A stretch of DNA of 61,970 nucleotides, the filler included, from Dugesia japonica (Eukaryota): the NCBI GenBank assembly GCA_001938525.1. It is 4 parts of 4 records of this genome, joined end to end, with 100 filler letters (N's around TTAATTAATTAA, not from the genome) between each part and the next. Parts side by side here need not be neighbours in the genome. Positions count along the whole stretch, not along the records: positions 1 to 29,254 come from MQRL01500362.1; 3 more parts are not named here. The stretch is one strand, 5' to 3'. The position numbers and the translations under genes are program-made. Below, piece by piece: positions 12,001 to 24,923 of the stretch (positions are counted from its first letter, which is position 1; each line of letters opens with the position of its first letter). The notes below the pieces were generated by a model that saw nothing but the letters and a program-made list of their open reading frames with translations, made no database searches and had not been told where the DNA came from.

Positions 12001-15000
12001 AAAAACTATCTATACATCAACTAAAGTACTTGCTTCAGAAAATCTTCCTTATCGGAGCAAAAAGTATGTCAACATGACACCACCCCTACCCTGGTGACTA
12101 CCGATTTTAATGAAAATATAGAAAATTTAAACGTAAGGCAAGAATGCCTCATCAACTTATATTCTAAAATTTCTCCTGCCTCAGGAAATAGGATAACAAA
12201 GAAATATGGTTTTTGAAGGCAGGGTCAAGTAGAAATATGGCACGCACAATTGCATACTAAATAAAATGGTGTGTATAAAGTTTTCACGTAAGGTAATCAT
12301 AAAAGGTTAATGAACAAAGAAACTTTAAAACGAGTACACAGCCGCTATTTTGAATTTTTTAAATTTTATTCTTGTACATTTTGATAAAAAATTGAAAAAA
12401 ACCTATAGAATACCTAAAGGACTACAATCATAAAGCTGCTTCCATCTATTCAATTTAGTCACCAAAAACAAAAAGTAGAACAATAAAATATTTATTTGAA
12501 ATATTTTTGTTACACTACTAAAGAAAAAAGTCTGTTTTAATTAAAAGTTAGTTAGTGACAAACTAAAATTTTTATAATGACAAACTAAATTCATGTGAAG
12601 TTCTGATAAATCATGGACGCGGATCGTCTTCATTTACAGTTGCAAATTTTATTTCAAAATGGAAAAAGTATAATTCTTGATTGATATCTATTAGTTAAAT
12701 TCAAAATATCACAATCCTCTATATATTATTATTTATTATCACAAGTGTTTGATTAAAGTTTGCAAAAAAGATGAAGAATAATCCATAGTATATAAACAAA
12801 AAAATGAGAAATATTAAATTTAATTTTCAATTCATTAAAAAAAATATTTCGCATATATCAATTTTCTATTTAAAAAATACCTATATTATAATCATTTTTC
12901 AAAATAATTTTTTTAAATAATTTTATATTTTTATACTTTTACTAATATAATATATAACAATTATATGAATTAATTTACATTTTAATGTTTTATATTTGAA
13001 AAATCTGTAATCCCCTTTTTTACTATAATATTTGAATGAAATTTAAATTTTTCAAAAAATAAATTTGAATATAATACAATATATATACAAATTAAAAATT
13101 TCTCAGATATGTATAATATATGAATTACTCTTACAGTATCGATAAATACTGATTTTTAAACATTATCCCAGTATTTGTCTTCTCCTAATAGTTTTGATTT
13201 TCTTTCTAATTTTGGGAACATTTCATTAACTATCTTTCTTGGAAGTTCTAAAAATAAATGATAACCATAATAAAAATTTTTTTACCACGTTTAGTTATTT
13301 CTTCATTTTTTAAAAGCATTTTGATATTGTATTAATATTAAAATGGAAAATGAATTACTTTATATACAAATTTGTCATGTAATTCAACGTGACAAATTAA
13401 ATTTGACATATCAAAAACATGGAAATTCTTTGTTTAACTTGCAGTGACATCGGATTTGTACTGCACTTATTTTGCAATTAAAAGGTTTAAACCAAAGGTT
13501 CCAATCAAAACATGATAGTAATCAAAAGTAACACAAATTTCAACAAATAAAATATATACATGCAAACGAAACATTAATTACCTATCAAGACCGAGTATTT
13601 AAGCAAAAAACATTTAATGAATTTTCTTTATTTTAATGAGCAACAAATTATTTCTTCAATGAAAAATAAAATCATATTCATCACTGTGGATTACAGAATT
13701 TTATGGAATTCAAATGAAAATTCTCAAAAGATCAATAATATATTCATTTCAAGAAATTGTACGATATGCATTGAATATGTTTATAACATTTTATATATCA
13801 ACTTCAATTCATCTGTTTTATTTTTAACCAAATCATTTCTGGTACACAATAAACTCTATCGTCGTCGGCGTTTTCTCTATCATTCGTAAATCTTCTTGAA
13901 TATTTTCTAAATCATCCATTTTTTATATAATAAATTAATAAAAAATATCTTACATGTAGCTTCAAATTATTTTTCCTCCTCATCTGTCGTTGTAATACAT
14001 TCTTTTGCATCAATTTCTAAATCGTTTTGTTCAACTTCCTCATTTTGATAAACGTCTTCAGTATCTATGGATTTTTCAATTATTTTGTTAATTATTTAAA
14101 AGTAATGACTTTAATAAAATTTAATTTCAAATATATTAATCCAAATTATTTCAATTTATAACCAATGATATGAAACTAATATTATATAAATTCAAGATTT
14201 TAGAAATTAAACATTATTTTAAAAATATGTTTAATTAGACAATTAATCGTTGAAAACAGAAAGAAATGTTGAAAAATATACAGATTTGTGTTTGAAATAA
14301 TTAAGAGTCAGATTTTGAATACATAAAAAGAATGGCTCAAACAAACATCCCAAAAATTAGTTCAACGTTAAATGCAAATACGTTAAGCAAATATGTACCT
14401 TGAAGAATATTTATAATCTAGATTTGTTAATCAACACACTTATGGAGATATCAAACAATAATGTATTACTATACCGACATCATTGGAGAGTACATTAGAA
14501 GCTGGTTTACGCGTCTTGAGGCAAATTCAATTTTTAGTCTCGTATTATTAAAAAGATAGAAAATCAAAAAAACTTGCATTAAACATAGATTCATTGTAAA
14601 ACATGAATTTTTTAATGAATAATCCAGTAAACGTTTTTAATCTCAAACCACTAACAGTTGCAAATTTACCTTATGAAGAAAATAAAATAAAAGTAACGAG
14701 TGCATTAAACAATAATTTTATATATAAAAATCCAGAGCTAATAAATGATATCAAGCTGAATATCAAATTCCAATCTCTATCATTCGCGTAGGCAAAACAA
14801 CACAAATTTCATATTAAAACAAAAGCAAAAACTAGTGGTAATGTTGTTTTATTATTTCAAATTTAATTTTAGTATTTAGAATTAATTTGTCAAACAAAAT
14901 ATTCAAATGATCATAGAATATCATATGACTGAAATAAAATTTCGATGTTAAATAAATGTATTTATTCTATTTACTTTTATTATTCATTTCATTTTTTTAA

Positions 15001-15997
15001 TGTAACATATATTATATAAGCAATCAACTATCTATTAATTGTTACTAGAATTTGTCGAATTTGGTCTGAATAATGTTTTTCAATCAATTTGATCATGTTG
15101 TCTGTAATTAAATTTATTTCTATATCTGTTTCTATATTTCAAAATTATTATTGTACTAAATAAAAAGTTTTTAAAAATATTTACAAAAATAAAATGAAAA
15201 TAAATATTCCAATTTGCTATTCTCGTTGACAATTTCATTTTTTTGATCCTGTGGTTGTGTGTGTTTATTAAATTTTAAAATCTGTGTATTTTGGGTTACT
15301 AAGGCGGTTTCTAAAAAGTAGGTCAAGTTGAGTTTGTGTGTGTGAAAGAATGGTTTTGGACTCGACGAGTAGCTGGAGATCTTGAAAATAATTTTTTTGT
15401 AGTTTTTAAGATTTGTTTGTTTATGGACAAAAATTCGATCTAAACATTGTTTAAAGGACTTATGTTGTGTGATGGATGGTTTTTGTTAGAAGGGTAGTGG
15501 CGCCAAGGAACAGTCGTATGAGTTATCGTGGCGTGTTTTTTTGGTAGGTTGTTTTTGTATTGGGTTATTGGATTTGAATGATAAATATTTTCTTGGAAAG
15601 ATAATGTGCTTTGATTTTTTATTTAAAGGGCTCTAATTTGATTGGTTGATTTTTGTAAATAGGATAAGTGTGTTAAAAAAATTTGTCAGGAGGGAGAGAG
15701 GGGTATGTATTGAAAGATGATTAATTATCAGATTTTTTAATAATTATTTGAAATTTTTCTGGTGGAGGTGTGTGACGTCATAATCGTTTGAAATCTTTAT
15801 TTTTGTTAAAAATATTGTAATTTGGTTAAATTGATGAATATCATTACTGCTGCAATTTTTAATAAAAAATCTCATTACCGATGCAATTTTCGATTAAAAA
15901 CCTATATGAGGTGAAGATTTTCTCTAAAAATAACATAATTGTGGTAACAGTTTTCTGTACAAAATGATAAAAACATAGAACGTTTTATAAAAACATG

Positions 15998-17616
15998 TTA
16001 GCTGGGAATTTGTCTTTACAAAATGATAAAAAAAACAGAATTTTTCAATATATATAACTAATAAGTCTATATAAAAAAGACTTATAAGTAAATATTTTGA
16101 TATCTATAAGGTTAATGAGTATATTATTTGCATAGCTACCTTGTATTATTTAAATAGCAACCATGTATTATAAAGATTATGAGTGTATTATTACAAAGTA
16201 ACACTATAAAATAGGGTTTATGAGTGTATTATTTACATAGCAACCATAAATATAAGGTTTATGAGTAAATTATTTCCATAGTTACCTTGGATTATTTACA
16301 TAGCAACCGTGTAATATAAGACTTATAAGGGTATTATTTGCATCGGTACCTTGTATTATAGGGTTTTTGAGTCTACTATTTGCATAGTTACCTTGTATTA
16401 TTTACATAACAACCATAAAATATAAGGTTTATGAGTACATTATTTGTATAGCTACCTTGTAATTTTTACATAGCAACCATGCATTATAAGGATTATGAGT
16501 ATATTATTTCAAAGTAAGCCTGAATAATATGAATTATGAGTACATTATTTGCATAGTTAACTTGCTGTATTTACATAACCACCATGTATTATAAGGATTA
16601 TGAAGTTTTAATACATAGTAACCCTGTAATATAATGTTTACGAGTAAATTATTTGCTTAGATGCCATGTAATATTTTCATAACAACCGTTTAATATATGA
16701 TTTTTGTGTGTATTATTTACATAGTAACTGTGTATTGTAAGTTTTATGAGTCTATTATTTACTTAGTAACTCTGTATAAGGTGTATATTATTTACATTTT
16801 TACAGTGTAATATAAGGCTTATGGGAGTAATATTTACATAGAAAACTGTATAATATAAGACTTATGGGGGAATTATTTACATAGCAATCTTTTATAATAA
16901 GGATTATAAGATTTACGTGTGTATGAGTCTATTTATTACATATTTACCTTGTATTATTTGCATAGCAACCATGTATTATAAGGTTTATGAGTGTTTTTAT
17001 ACATAGTAACCCTGTAATATAATGTTTACGAGTATGTTACTTGCTTAGGTGCCATGTAATATTTACATAACAACCGTTTAATATATGACTTTTGTGTGTA
17101 TTATTTACATAGTAACTGTGTATTATAGGGTTTATGAGTATATTATTTACAAAGTTTTTGTGTATTAGGTGTATATTATTTACATATTTACCTTGTAATA
17201 TAAGGCTTATTGGGAGTAATATTTACATATAATCTGTATAATATAAGACTTATGATTAAATTATTTACATAACAACCGTGTAATATAAGACTTATAAAGG
17301 TATTTGTATATAGTAAAAATATAATATAGAGTTTATGAGTAAACTATTTATATATTAGCCGTGTAATATAAGGTTTACAAGTGTATCATTTGCTTAGTTA
17401 CCATGTAATAGAGTGTTACTTTGTAATAATACACTCATAATCTTTATAATACATGGTTGCTATTTAAATAATACAAGGTAGCTATGCAAATAATATACTC
17501 ATTAACCTTATAGATATCAAAATATTTACTTATAAGTCTTTTTTATATAGACTTATTAGTTATATATATTGGACAATTCTGTTTTTATCAATTTGCATAG
17601 ACAAATTCCCAGCTAA
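15998..17616. repeat. Foldback-like structure: ~205-bp inverted arms around a ~1.2-kb 39/22-bp minisatellite
   Basis: 15998-16205 is the reverse complement of 17412-17616. Internal units resemble TATAAGGTTTATGAGTATATTATTTACATAGCAACCATG. Confidence 0.85.
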
Positions 17617-17639
17617 ACAAAATTCCATATTTACTAAAA

Positions 17640-17960
17640 ATTCTAAATGAAAAATAAAAAATGAAAAATTTTCTATGAAAAATCGAGCATGAAAAATCGA
17701 ACATGAAAAATTTGACAAGAAAAATCCAAATGTAAAATTACGCATGAAAAATTGAACAGGAAAAAATTGAGTATAAAAATTAGAAATGAAAAATTGTGTA
17801 TGAAAAATCTAAATGAAAAATCAAGCATGAAAAATCATGCATAGAAAAATCCAAATGAAAAATCAGGCATAGAAAATCAGGCATAGAAAATCAGGCATAG
17901 AAAATCGGGGAATGAAAAATTCCACAAAGTGATATAAAAAAATTCCCATGAAAAAAAATT
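17640..17960 (+). repeat. Degenerate 13-14-bp tandem repeat (ATGAAAAATC/ATAGAAAATCAGGC) upstream of pPolB
   Basis: About 20 visible iterations; probably the subterminal region of Polinton B. Confidence 0.7.
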
Positions 17961-18021
17961 CCTCTTAAAGAGGACCTTTACCACCTTTTTTATAAATATG
18001 ATTAAAGTTTATCTTTATAAA

Positions 18022-20977
18022 ATGGTAGTAGAAACTTTCACTTGTCGGTATTGTGGAAAAATCATTAAAAAATTGGGAGCTCTTAAAACTCATATAAAAA
18101 TAAGCATGAGTTAAGAATTCCAACACCATGTCCAGAGTAGCATATTTACAATGGAGATTATAAAATAGAATATTTTAAAAATAGCAAAATCGAATTTACA
18201 AAAGACATTTCTCAAGATGCTGTAATAGAAATGACTTTTTACGCAAATGAGTTAAAAGAAATGACAACTAGATTTTTTAATTTAAGAGGGCAAATACTTA
18301 TTCGACTTTCAGCATTATCACTATATGCTAAAATTGTAGAGGGTTTAAATGTAAAAAGAGAGTTTAGATCTTATGCGAAAAATAAAAAAATAATAATGGC
18401 ATCAGAAATTGAAACCGCTGTAGGAGGTTTAATTACTGAAATAGATAAATATATAAGTGATACAGATAGAAGTGAAAGCGGGTGGACTATTGAATTTATA
18501 ATAAATTTTACATATACTCTTGAACGTTATCAATCACTAGTGACCGCTTGGACATATGTCAAGTTGCCATTTATTAAAATGGGAGTAGTAAATATAGAAA
18601 ATAATGATAATAAATGTTTGCTTTATTCAGTTTTGGCACACAAACATATTTATGCAGATCCAACAAGACAAAGTCATTATTTACGACACATCGATGAATT
18701 TAATTTAAAAGGTGCTAATTTTCCAACAAGACTTCATCATGTGCAAATATTTGAAAGATTAAATAATTGGAAAATTAATATTATAGAAATTAAAATTATA
18801 AATGGAATAAAAATATTACAACCACTTCAGATTTCCCATCATGATACACAACCAAAACCAGAGTCTTGCAACAAGAAATATAAAAATATTAGGAAAAAAT
18901 TCTTTGTCCCATTATACTTTCATAATGCGGGTGGTTATGACAATCATCTTTTATTTAGAGAATTATTAGAAAAACACCCAACACAAATTAGTGATATAAT
19001 TCCACACGATGATGAAGTGTATATATCTTTTAGATTTAAGAAAATTAAGTTTTTAGATTCATGCAGATTATGCCAATTGATGACAATTGAAAAAATGGGG
19101 GCTAATTTAAAAGATGGAGGGGTATATCCACATTTAAAATCTTTCAATCTTAAACCGAAAAAAGTTATATTTCCTTACGACTATGTAAGGGGGAAAAGAA
19201 TACAAGAAGTAATGGAATTGTTAAAATTAAATAGAATTCACACAAGGAAAGAATGTTTCAACACAAACAGAAAGAAATAACAGAGGATGAGTATAAGGAA
19301 TTTCTTGAAGATCTTAGCAAATTTCCAAATCTCTGGGAATACATGCTTCACTATATGAAACGTGATGTAATAACTCTTGCAGATTTTTTCGAAAATTTTC
19401 GTAAGACTTCTATAGAAAATATTGGAATCAACCCATGCTACTGTTACTCTTTACCAGGACTTACATGGGCAGCAGGAATGAAATTTACAGGAGATCAGTT
19501 ATTATATGCAAAACCAGAAACTTATGATTACTTTCTAAAAAATGAAGCAGGAATTCGTGGTGGAGTATCTGCTGAAACCGGTGAAAGACAAGTATTCAGT
19601 TATACTAAAGACATGCCTTTTAAGAGGGTAACTAAAGTGGATTGTGAGTATCTAAAGAAATTAAGAGAAAGTGGTAGGTTAAATATTCCAGAATAATTTT
19701 TCGATGAAACATTTTTAAAATATATTGATCAAAACTCCTTGTATGCATCTTGCATGACAAGACCTCTTCCAACCGGTCAGCACATAGAATGTAAAGAACT
19801 AACATATGAAAAAGCAACTAAAGAGTATAATTTCCTCTATGAGGTGGATTAAGATTATCCTCCAGAGATTCATGAGAAAACGAGGTATTTTCCATTAGCT
19901 CCAGAGAGAATAAATATTCAAGAAAAAATGTTGGCTCCTTATCAAAGAAGATTTAATAAAAAAAATCCAAAAGATAATTATAAATTAGCACTTACTCAAT
20001 TCAATAAAAAAAATTACATAGTACAGGGAAGCACTTTAGACTTATATCTTAAACTTGGAATGAAATTGAGAAAAATTCATTGTAAATATAAATTACCAAT
20101 GAAACCGTGGTCAAGAGAATATATTCTTTTTAACGTTGAGAAAAGAAATGTGGCGAAATAAAATAATGATAAAAATAAGGACTACATGTTTAAAATGTGT
20201 AATAATTGATTTTATAACAAAACCCTAGAAAATCCCAGGAAATATACTAGGTTAGAAATGGTTGGATGTGATGAAGATTTTCAAAAGTTTGCTTCTAAAC
20301 CAACTTATGTTTATTCAAAAACGTTTTTCCCAAACACAGCCGCAATGAACTTGTTGCAAACCTATGTAAAATATAATAAATTTCCATACATTGGTTTTAC
20401 GGTTTTAGAATATGCCAAAGAGGAAATGTATGAATTTGTTTATATAGAGATGGCACTAATGATTGGAATGAAAAATTATAAAATTCACTATACCGACACA
20501 GATTCACTCTTTGTTGAAATCAAGGGGCAAGAAAATTTGGACAAGTTGAAAACACTTTTAGGAAATGAACTCTTTCAAATGAAAGGCGAAATGTCAGATA
20601 GTGTAATTTTACAATGTGATCTTTTAAGAGCAAAATGTTATGGTGTATTATTTAAGAAAAAAGATGGAACTACAGAATTTAAACAAGTGCGTAAAGTCAT
20701 CGCAATATATAACAATTTAAAAATGTTTCAGTTTGATAAAATTTTAAATAATCCAAATGAAATAGTTTATGGAAGAAATTATAGATTAAAATCAGAGTGT
20801 CATGAAGTTGAATTAGTTCATCAAGATAAAATTGCATTAACTGCTTATGATGATAAAGTGTTGATAGAAATTAATGAAATTATAATATGGCTAAACGGTA
20901 ATCAATTTTATTGTTATAGAGTTGAAACATGTCATTATAGGTTAGAACTTTTATGGGATGTTTTAGATTGTCTTTAA
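18022..20977 (+). pseudogene. Protein-primed family B DNA polymerase with N-terminal C2H2 zinc finger; stops, frameshifts and a probable internal deletion
   Basis: CRYC..HIKNKH; FHNAGGYD, FLDS, FPYDY and YMKRDV (exonuclease); GIRGG; YIDQNSLY (motif A); K..NN*FYNK (motif B); YTDTDS (motif C). Confidence 0.95.
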
Positions 20978-21486
20978 TTTGTTTAAGTCAAAATTATAAT
21001 TTGGATTTTCATTCTTAGATTTTAAAATTATTTCTTGAACTTCTCGAATCATGGTTTTACTTGTAGAAATTTCTTCATCACTTAAAATATTATCATTTAA
21101 GGCTTTTTGTTGAAATAGGAAAAGTTTATTTTTAACAGCCTCTAATTTTACAATAAGATTGGCATACTTCTTTTTTTGTTTTGAATTAAAGATGAATTCA
21201 ATGCACCAGTAATTGGAATTGAAGATCCTATTCCAGTTATTATAGGAAGACCAATTGTAGTAATTCCTAAACCAAGTGGAGTTGCAATTTTTATTCCATC
21301 ATCAGCTGCAGACCATTTTCTTTAAAATTTTCGATAGTGTTTTATTTTATGATTTATAAAATATAAATCATTTTCGAAATATTTAATTCTTAGGGATGAC
21401 AATTTTGTCTTCAAGTCTTCAAGTGTATAATTACTAATTTCCTGTTGATAATTTTTTAAATCTGGATACAAGGATTCTTCTGCCAT
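20963..21486 (-). pseudogene. Putative membrane protein of Polinton-like elements, disrupted
   Basis: MAEESLYPDL start, Gly-rich hydrophobic stretch (PLGLGITTIGLPIITGIGSSIP), C-terminal KALNDNILSDEE. Confidence 0.5.
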
Positions 21487-21500
21487 TTTATTAAAGGTTT

Positions 21501-21812
21501 TTATAATTCTTCATAAAATTTTTTTCTTTGATCTTTAGGAGGATTACCAGCAAAAATAATAAGTCTATGAATATAAATATTTTCCGGTAAAAATAAATGA
21601 AAAATACTTTTTTCTCTATTATGATAATCATAACCACTTATAGATTGTTTAAGAGTTTTTCTATCTATTTCTATTTTAAATTTTCCAAGTTTTTCTAATT
21701 TAAAATCTAAAACATGATAAGTATTACTAAAAACAAAAATAATATTAATAATTTTATTCACCTTCGTATATCCAGAAATAAAAAGCATATACTGAACCAA
21801 TGTCTTTGTCAT
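21501..21812 (-). CDS. Hypothetical Polinton protein (103 aa)
   Basis: Open ORF tightly packed in the minus-strand gene block; no motif recognised. Confidence 0.5.
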   Translation of the reverse strand: MTKTLVQYMLFISGYTKVNKIINIIFVFSNTYHVLDFKLEKLGKFKIEIDRKTLKQSISGYDYHNREKSIFHLFLPENIYIHRLIIFAGNPPKDQRKKFYEEL

Positions 21813-21814
21813 AT

Positions 21815-22171
21815 TTAAAATAAAGTTTTCAAGGAATCCAAAGAAAAAAATATTTTTTCATTAAGATATTCCCAAAAACCCTTTATTATTATTTTTTCTA
21901 AATTTATATATTCTGAGACGTAGGAATAATATGGAAATCTATTTTCATTTTTACGAAAAAAATGCAATTTAAAAATCGCAAAAAAGCTTAAACTATTTTC
22001 AAGAAAATCTGTTCTTTTAATATCCACCCATGTTAAATAATTATCAATTAATTCTTTTATTTTTTCAAATAACTTTGGAGATTTAGTTTTTTTATATGTT
22101 TCTAAATTTTCATTAATTTCTTTTACATATTCTGGGTGAAGAAGGTTTTTTATATTTTCAAATTCCACCAC
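21815..22171 (-). CDS. Hypothetical Polinton protein (at least 118 aa; 5' end may be disrupted)
   Basis: Open ORF ending 2 nt before the next ATG; no motif recognised. Confidence 0.45.
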   Translation of the reverse strand: MVEFENIKNLLHPEYVKEINENLETYKKTKSPKLFEKIKELIDNYLTWVDIKRTDFLENSLSFFAIFKLHFFRKNENRFPYYSYVSEYINLEKIIIKGFWEYLNEKIFFSLDSLKTLF

Positions 22172-22199
22172 TAAAAGAGAGAAAGGATCATTTTGTTTT

Positions 22200-22475
22200 T
22201 TTTAACTTTTCAACATCATCTTTTATTTGGTAAAAAAACTTTAAAACAAACTGTTTGAGAAATTTATAATTTACTGGATCATCTTCATCTTTAGGGTTAT
22301 TAGTAATTTTAAAGGTTTTAAAATTAATTTTCGAGAAATTTTAAATTTACTGCATCAAGTTCGTGTTTAGGTGGATCAAGAATTTTTAAAGTTTTAATAG
22401 TGCCACCAGACTCATTTACAAATCTTTTTTCATTGCTTGCATTTTGTATTCTTAATTTACCAGAAATATGATTTC
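22200..22475 (-). pseudogene. Short fibre-like protein remnant
   Basis: Two related repeats (ILDPPKHELDAVN and ITNNPKDEDDPVNYKF) of the P..D..DAVN type seen in viral fibre proteins. Confidence 0.35.
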
Positions 22476-22479
22476 CTTA

Positions 22480-22911
22480 TCATTCATCGTTTGTAAGCTT
22501 TCTCCAAATATGTTCCTTTATTTCAGAAATAATATCAAAAGATTTTTTTGGAAAGCTGTACAAAAAATAAATAGAAAGCACTCCACAAATTCTTGTTTCA
22601 AAAGGTTGAACTTGAATTTCATTAAATTTTTCAACATGCTTCTCAAGATTTTCATGAAAAGGTTTTAAACCAAAAGAGTCAAAATAATGTTTATTCTTCA
22701 TTGCAACCCAATGACTTCCATTTTGATTTGAATTTTGATAATTAAAAATATAATTCATATCATTTTCAAATTTATCTGGCAACTCATTTTTCATGTAAAT
22801 TTCCTATGGTATTTTTAAAAATTTTGCAAATGAATAAAGATCAAAATTTGTAGTTGTTGTAATTCCAAATGTTTTTAGAAAATCTAAAATTCCTATTTCA
22901 ATATTGGACAT
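22480..22911 (-). pseudogene. Adenain-like (C5/Ulp1 clan) cysteine protease, one frameshift near the 5' end
   Basis: GSHWVAM (His), YFDSFG (Asp), Q.FETRICG (Gln/Cys). ATG at 22911 overlaps the end of the penton gene. Confidence 0.9.
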
Positions 22912-23567
22912 TTTCTTAAATGAATTAATAATGACATTGTTTCGTTAATAAAATCTACAGGATTAAAATTTTCATCAACAACGTTAAATCTTAACTCATC
23001 AATATAACCACTAGATATTTTTGAGTAAATACGTTGTGGGTGTCTTTCTATTATTTTAAATCCAAACCTTACACTATTTACTGGAAATGAATATAAAAAA
23101 TTAGTTGGTTTATTATTTATATAATTTCCCTTGATTAAATTAGAAGTAATATTGATCATGTTTATATTTTTACTAATGTTTATTTTCTCTTCAGAAAAAT
23201 ATTTTTTTCCAGGAATATATTCTTTTACTGAAAAACCGAAAAGTTTAAAAAAGAAAGATTTATCATCAAATTTTAAATTGGATTTTATTTCAAGCGAACA
23301 TCTAGCTGTTGAGAGATCAGCAATTATAACTATTCCTAGGTCTTTTAATTTCTCTGCAATTTCTTTAACCTTATAGGCTCCAGGTTGAATTTTATTATTT
23401 ACTACATTATAATTAAAATAACAATTTTCTTTTTGTATATTAAAAATAATATTATAACAAGAAAAATAAATTAATCCAAGTTCGTGTTCTCCTATTAATT
23501 CTAACGGATGTTTTAAATTAATTTCTAAATTAGGACCTTTACCAGTAACTAAAAATTGATGAGACAT
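22893..23567 (-). CDS. Minor capsid protein (penton), intact 224 aa
   Basis: PLEL..EHELGL.YF..YN..FNI, IQPGAY, ITSNLIKGNYIN..LYSF, GFKIIE..P..IY and VVDEN..PVDF motifs. Confidence 0.88.
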   Translation of the reverse strand: MSHQFLVTGKGPNLEINLKHPLELIGEHELGLIYFSCYNIIFNIQKENCYFNYNVVNNKIQPGAYKVKEIAEKLKDLGIVIIADLSTARCSLEIKSNLKFDDKSFFFKLFGFSVKEYIPGKKYFSEEKINISKNINMINITSNLIKGNYINNKPTNFLYSFPVNSVRFGFKIIERHPQRIYSKISSGYIDELRFNVVDENFNPVDFINETMSLLIHLRKCPILK

Positions 23568-24399
23568 TTATTTAAAATATTTTTTGAGATAGTCATTATA
23601 TTTTTTATTTGAAATTAATTTCTTTGCTATTAATTTTCCATAGACCGTTTTTATCTCATCGCTAGTATTTTCATGACCCGATATTTTAGCTAAAATTAAA
23701 ACCATTAATTTTTCAAATAAATCTATTCCATCTCCAAAGAATGTTATTTTTTTAATTGTTTTTTAGGTATAGATTCTAGTGATTTAGGTTTTACTTTGGT
23801 TTTCAACATTTTATAATAATTTCCTTTCTTTGGATGTTTAATATTTAATTTGTATAAATATATATTTACATCTTCTGATTTATAAATATCAGTTTCTTAT
23901 CCTTTTCCTAAAATTAAATGCAATATTTCATCTTTGTATGGAATAAGTTCATTTCCTGTATAAAAATATGGCTTTGTATCCTTTTCAACTAAATATATTT
24001 TTTATTATTAGTTTTTATGGTTGGATACATTTTTTCATTAATATTTAATTCTGGTGTTGTTGTTGGTGTTAAATCTTTTTTATTAAGTGTAATTTTTTCA
24101 TCATTTATCAAGTGTGGTTCTAATATTGGATCTAATTTTGGTTCTAATATCGGTTGAACCATAGGCTGCGATGTTTGTACTGCAGGGGATTTTATTTCTT
24201 GTCCTGATTGTGATAGGGTTAACGGTTGTAATTGTTGTTGTACTGTTTATTGTAATGCTGAAATTAATAGTTGTTGTTGAAAAGCAAGTGATGATTGTAA
24301 ATTTTTAGATTGAAGAACTTAACTCGTGAAATATTCATTATATTTTTCTTCAGCTGCAATTATTTCTTTTAATTCTTTAATTCTCGCTACGCTGTCCAT
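23568..24399 (-). pseudogene. Conserved Polinton protein with Pro/Gln-rich middle, disrupted
   Basis: C-terminal DLFEKLMVLILAKISGHENTSDEI resembles the L..RL.LL.A...AGN....EI motif; its TAA abuts the penton ATG. Confidence 0.55.
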
Positions 24400-24441
24400 T
24401 TTATTAAGGATTTAAATATATTCCTGTTCCATCATAGGGTC

Positions 24442-24923
24442 TTAAAAATATTTCCCTCCCTTTTTTAATTCTTTCGATGGTTTTAAATTTTGATTTCTTA
24501 AATATTTATAAATTGCTTCACCCTGTTTTTCACTTTTCTTTTTTACTTCAAATTCTTTTTCTTTTTGATTTAATTGATCAATTTCAAGTTGATGTTTAAC
24601 TGCCTCTCGGGAACTTGAAACGGTGGATGCGATTCCACTGGCTACGCCGGCAAGGCTCGCTGCAGCAGCAAGAATTCCCGGCATGGCGGACAAGAAAAAA
24701 AGACCGCATTGTTCTTTTTGATGTTTTTCATTTCTTCTTTTGCTTTTTTACCTATCCAATAATTTTTACCATTAACTTTAATCGATCTACTAAGATTTGA
24801 ATTTATTAATTTTTTTAATTCTTCTTCTGTTATATTTGTATTATTTGGTTCTGGTCGTGCTTCGCTTCGCTCGCTAGTACTTCCTTTTAGTTGTGCCACT
24901 TTGCTCGCCATTTTAGTTAGCAA
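24442..24923 (-). pseudogene. Small amphipathic/basic virion core or membrane-active protein (frameshifted into two ORFs)
   Basis: MPGILAAAASLAGVASGIASTV amphipathic helix followed by a coiled, basic tail. Confidence 0.5.

Noticed and set aside
16050-17410. Repeat array as a CRISPR locus
   Set aside because: No unique spacers, the units are contiguous degenerate tandem repeats, the context is eukaryotic and there are no cas genes.
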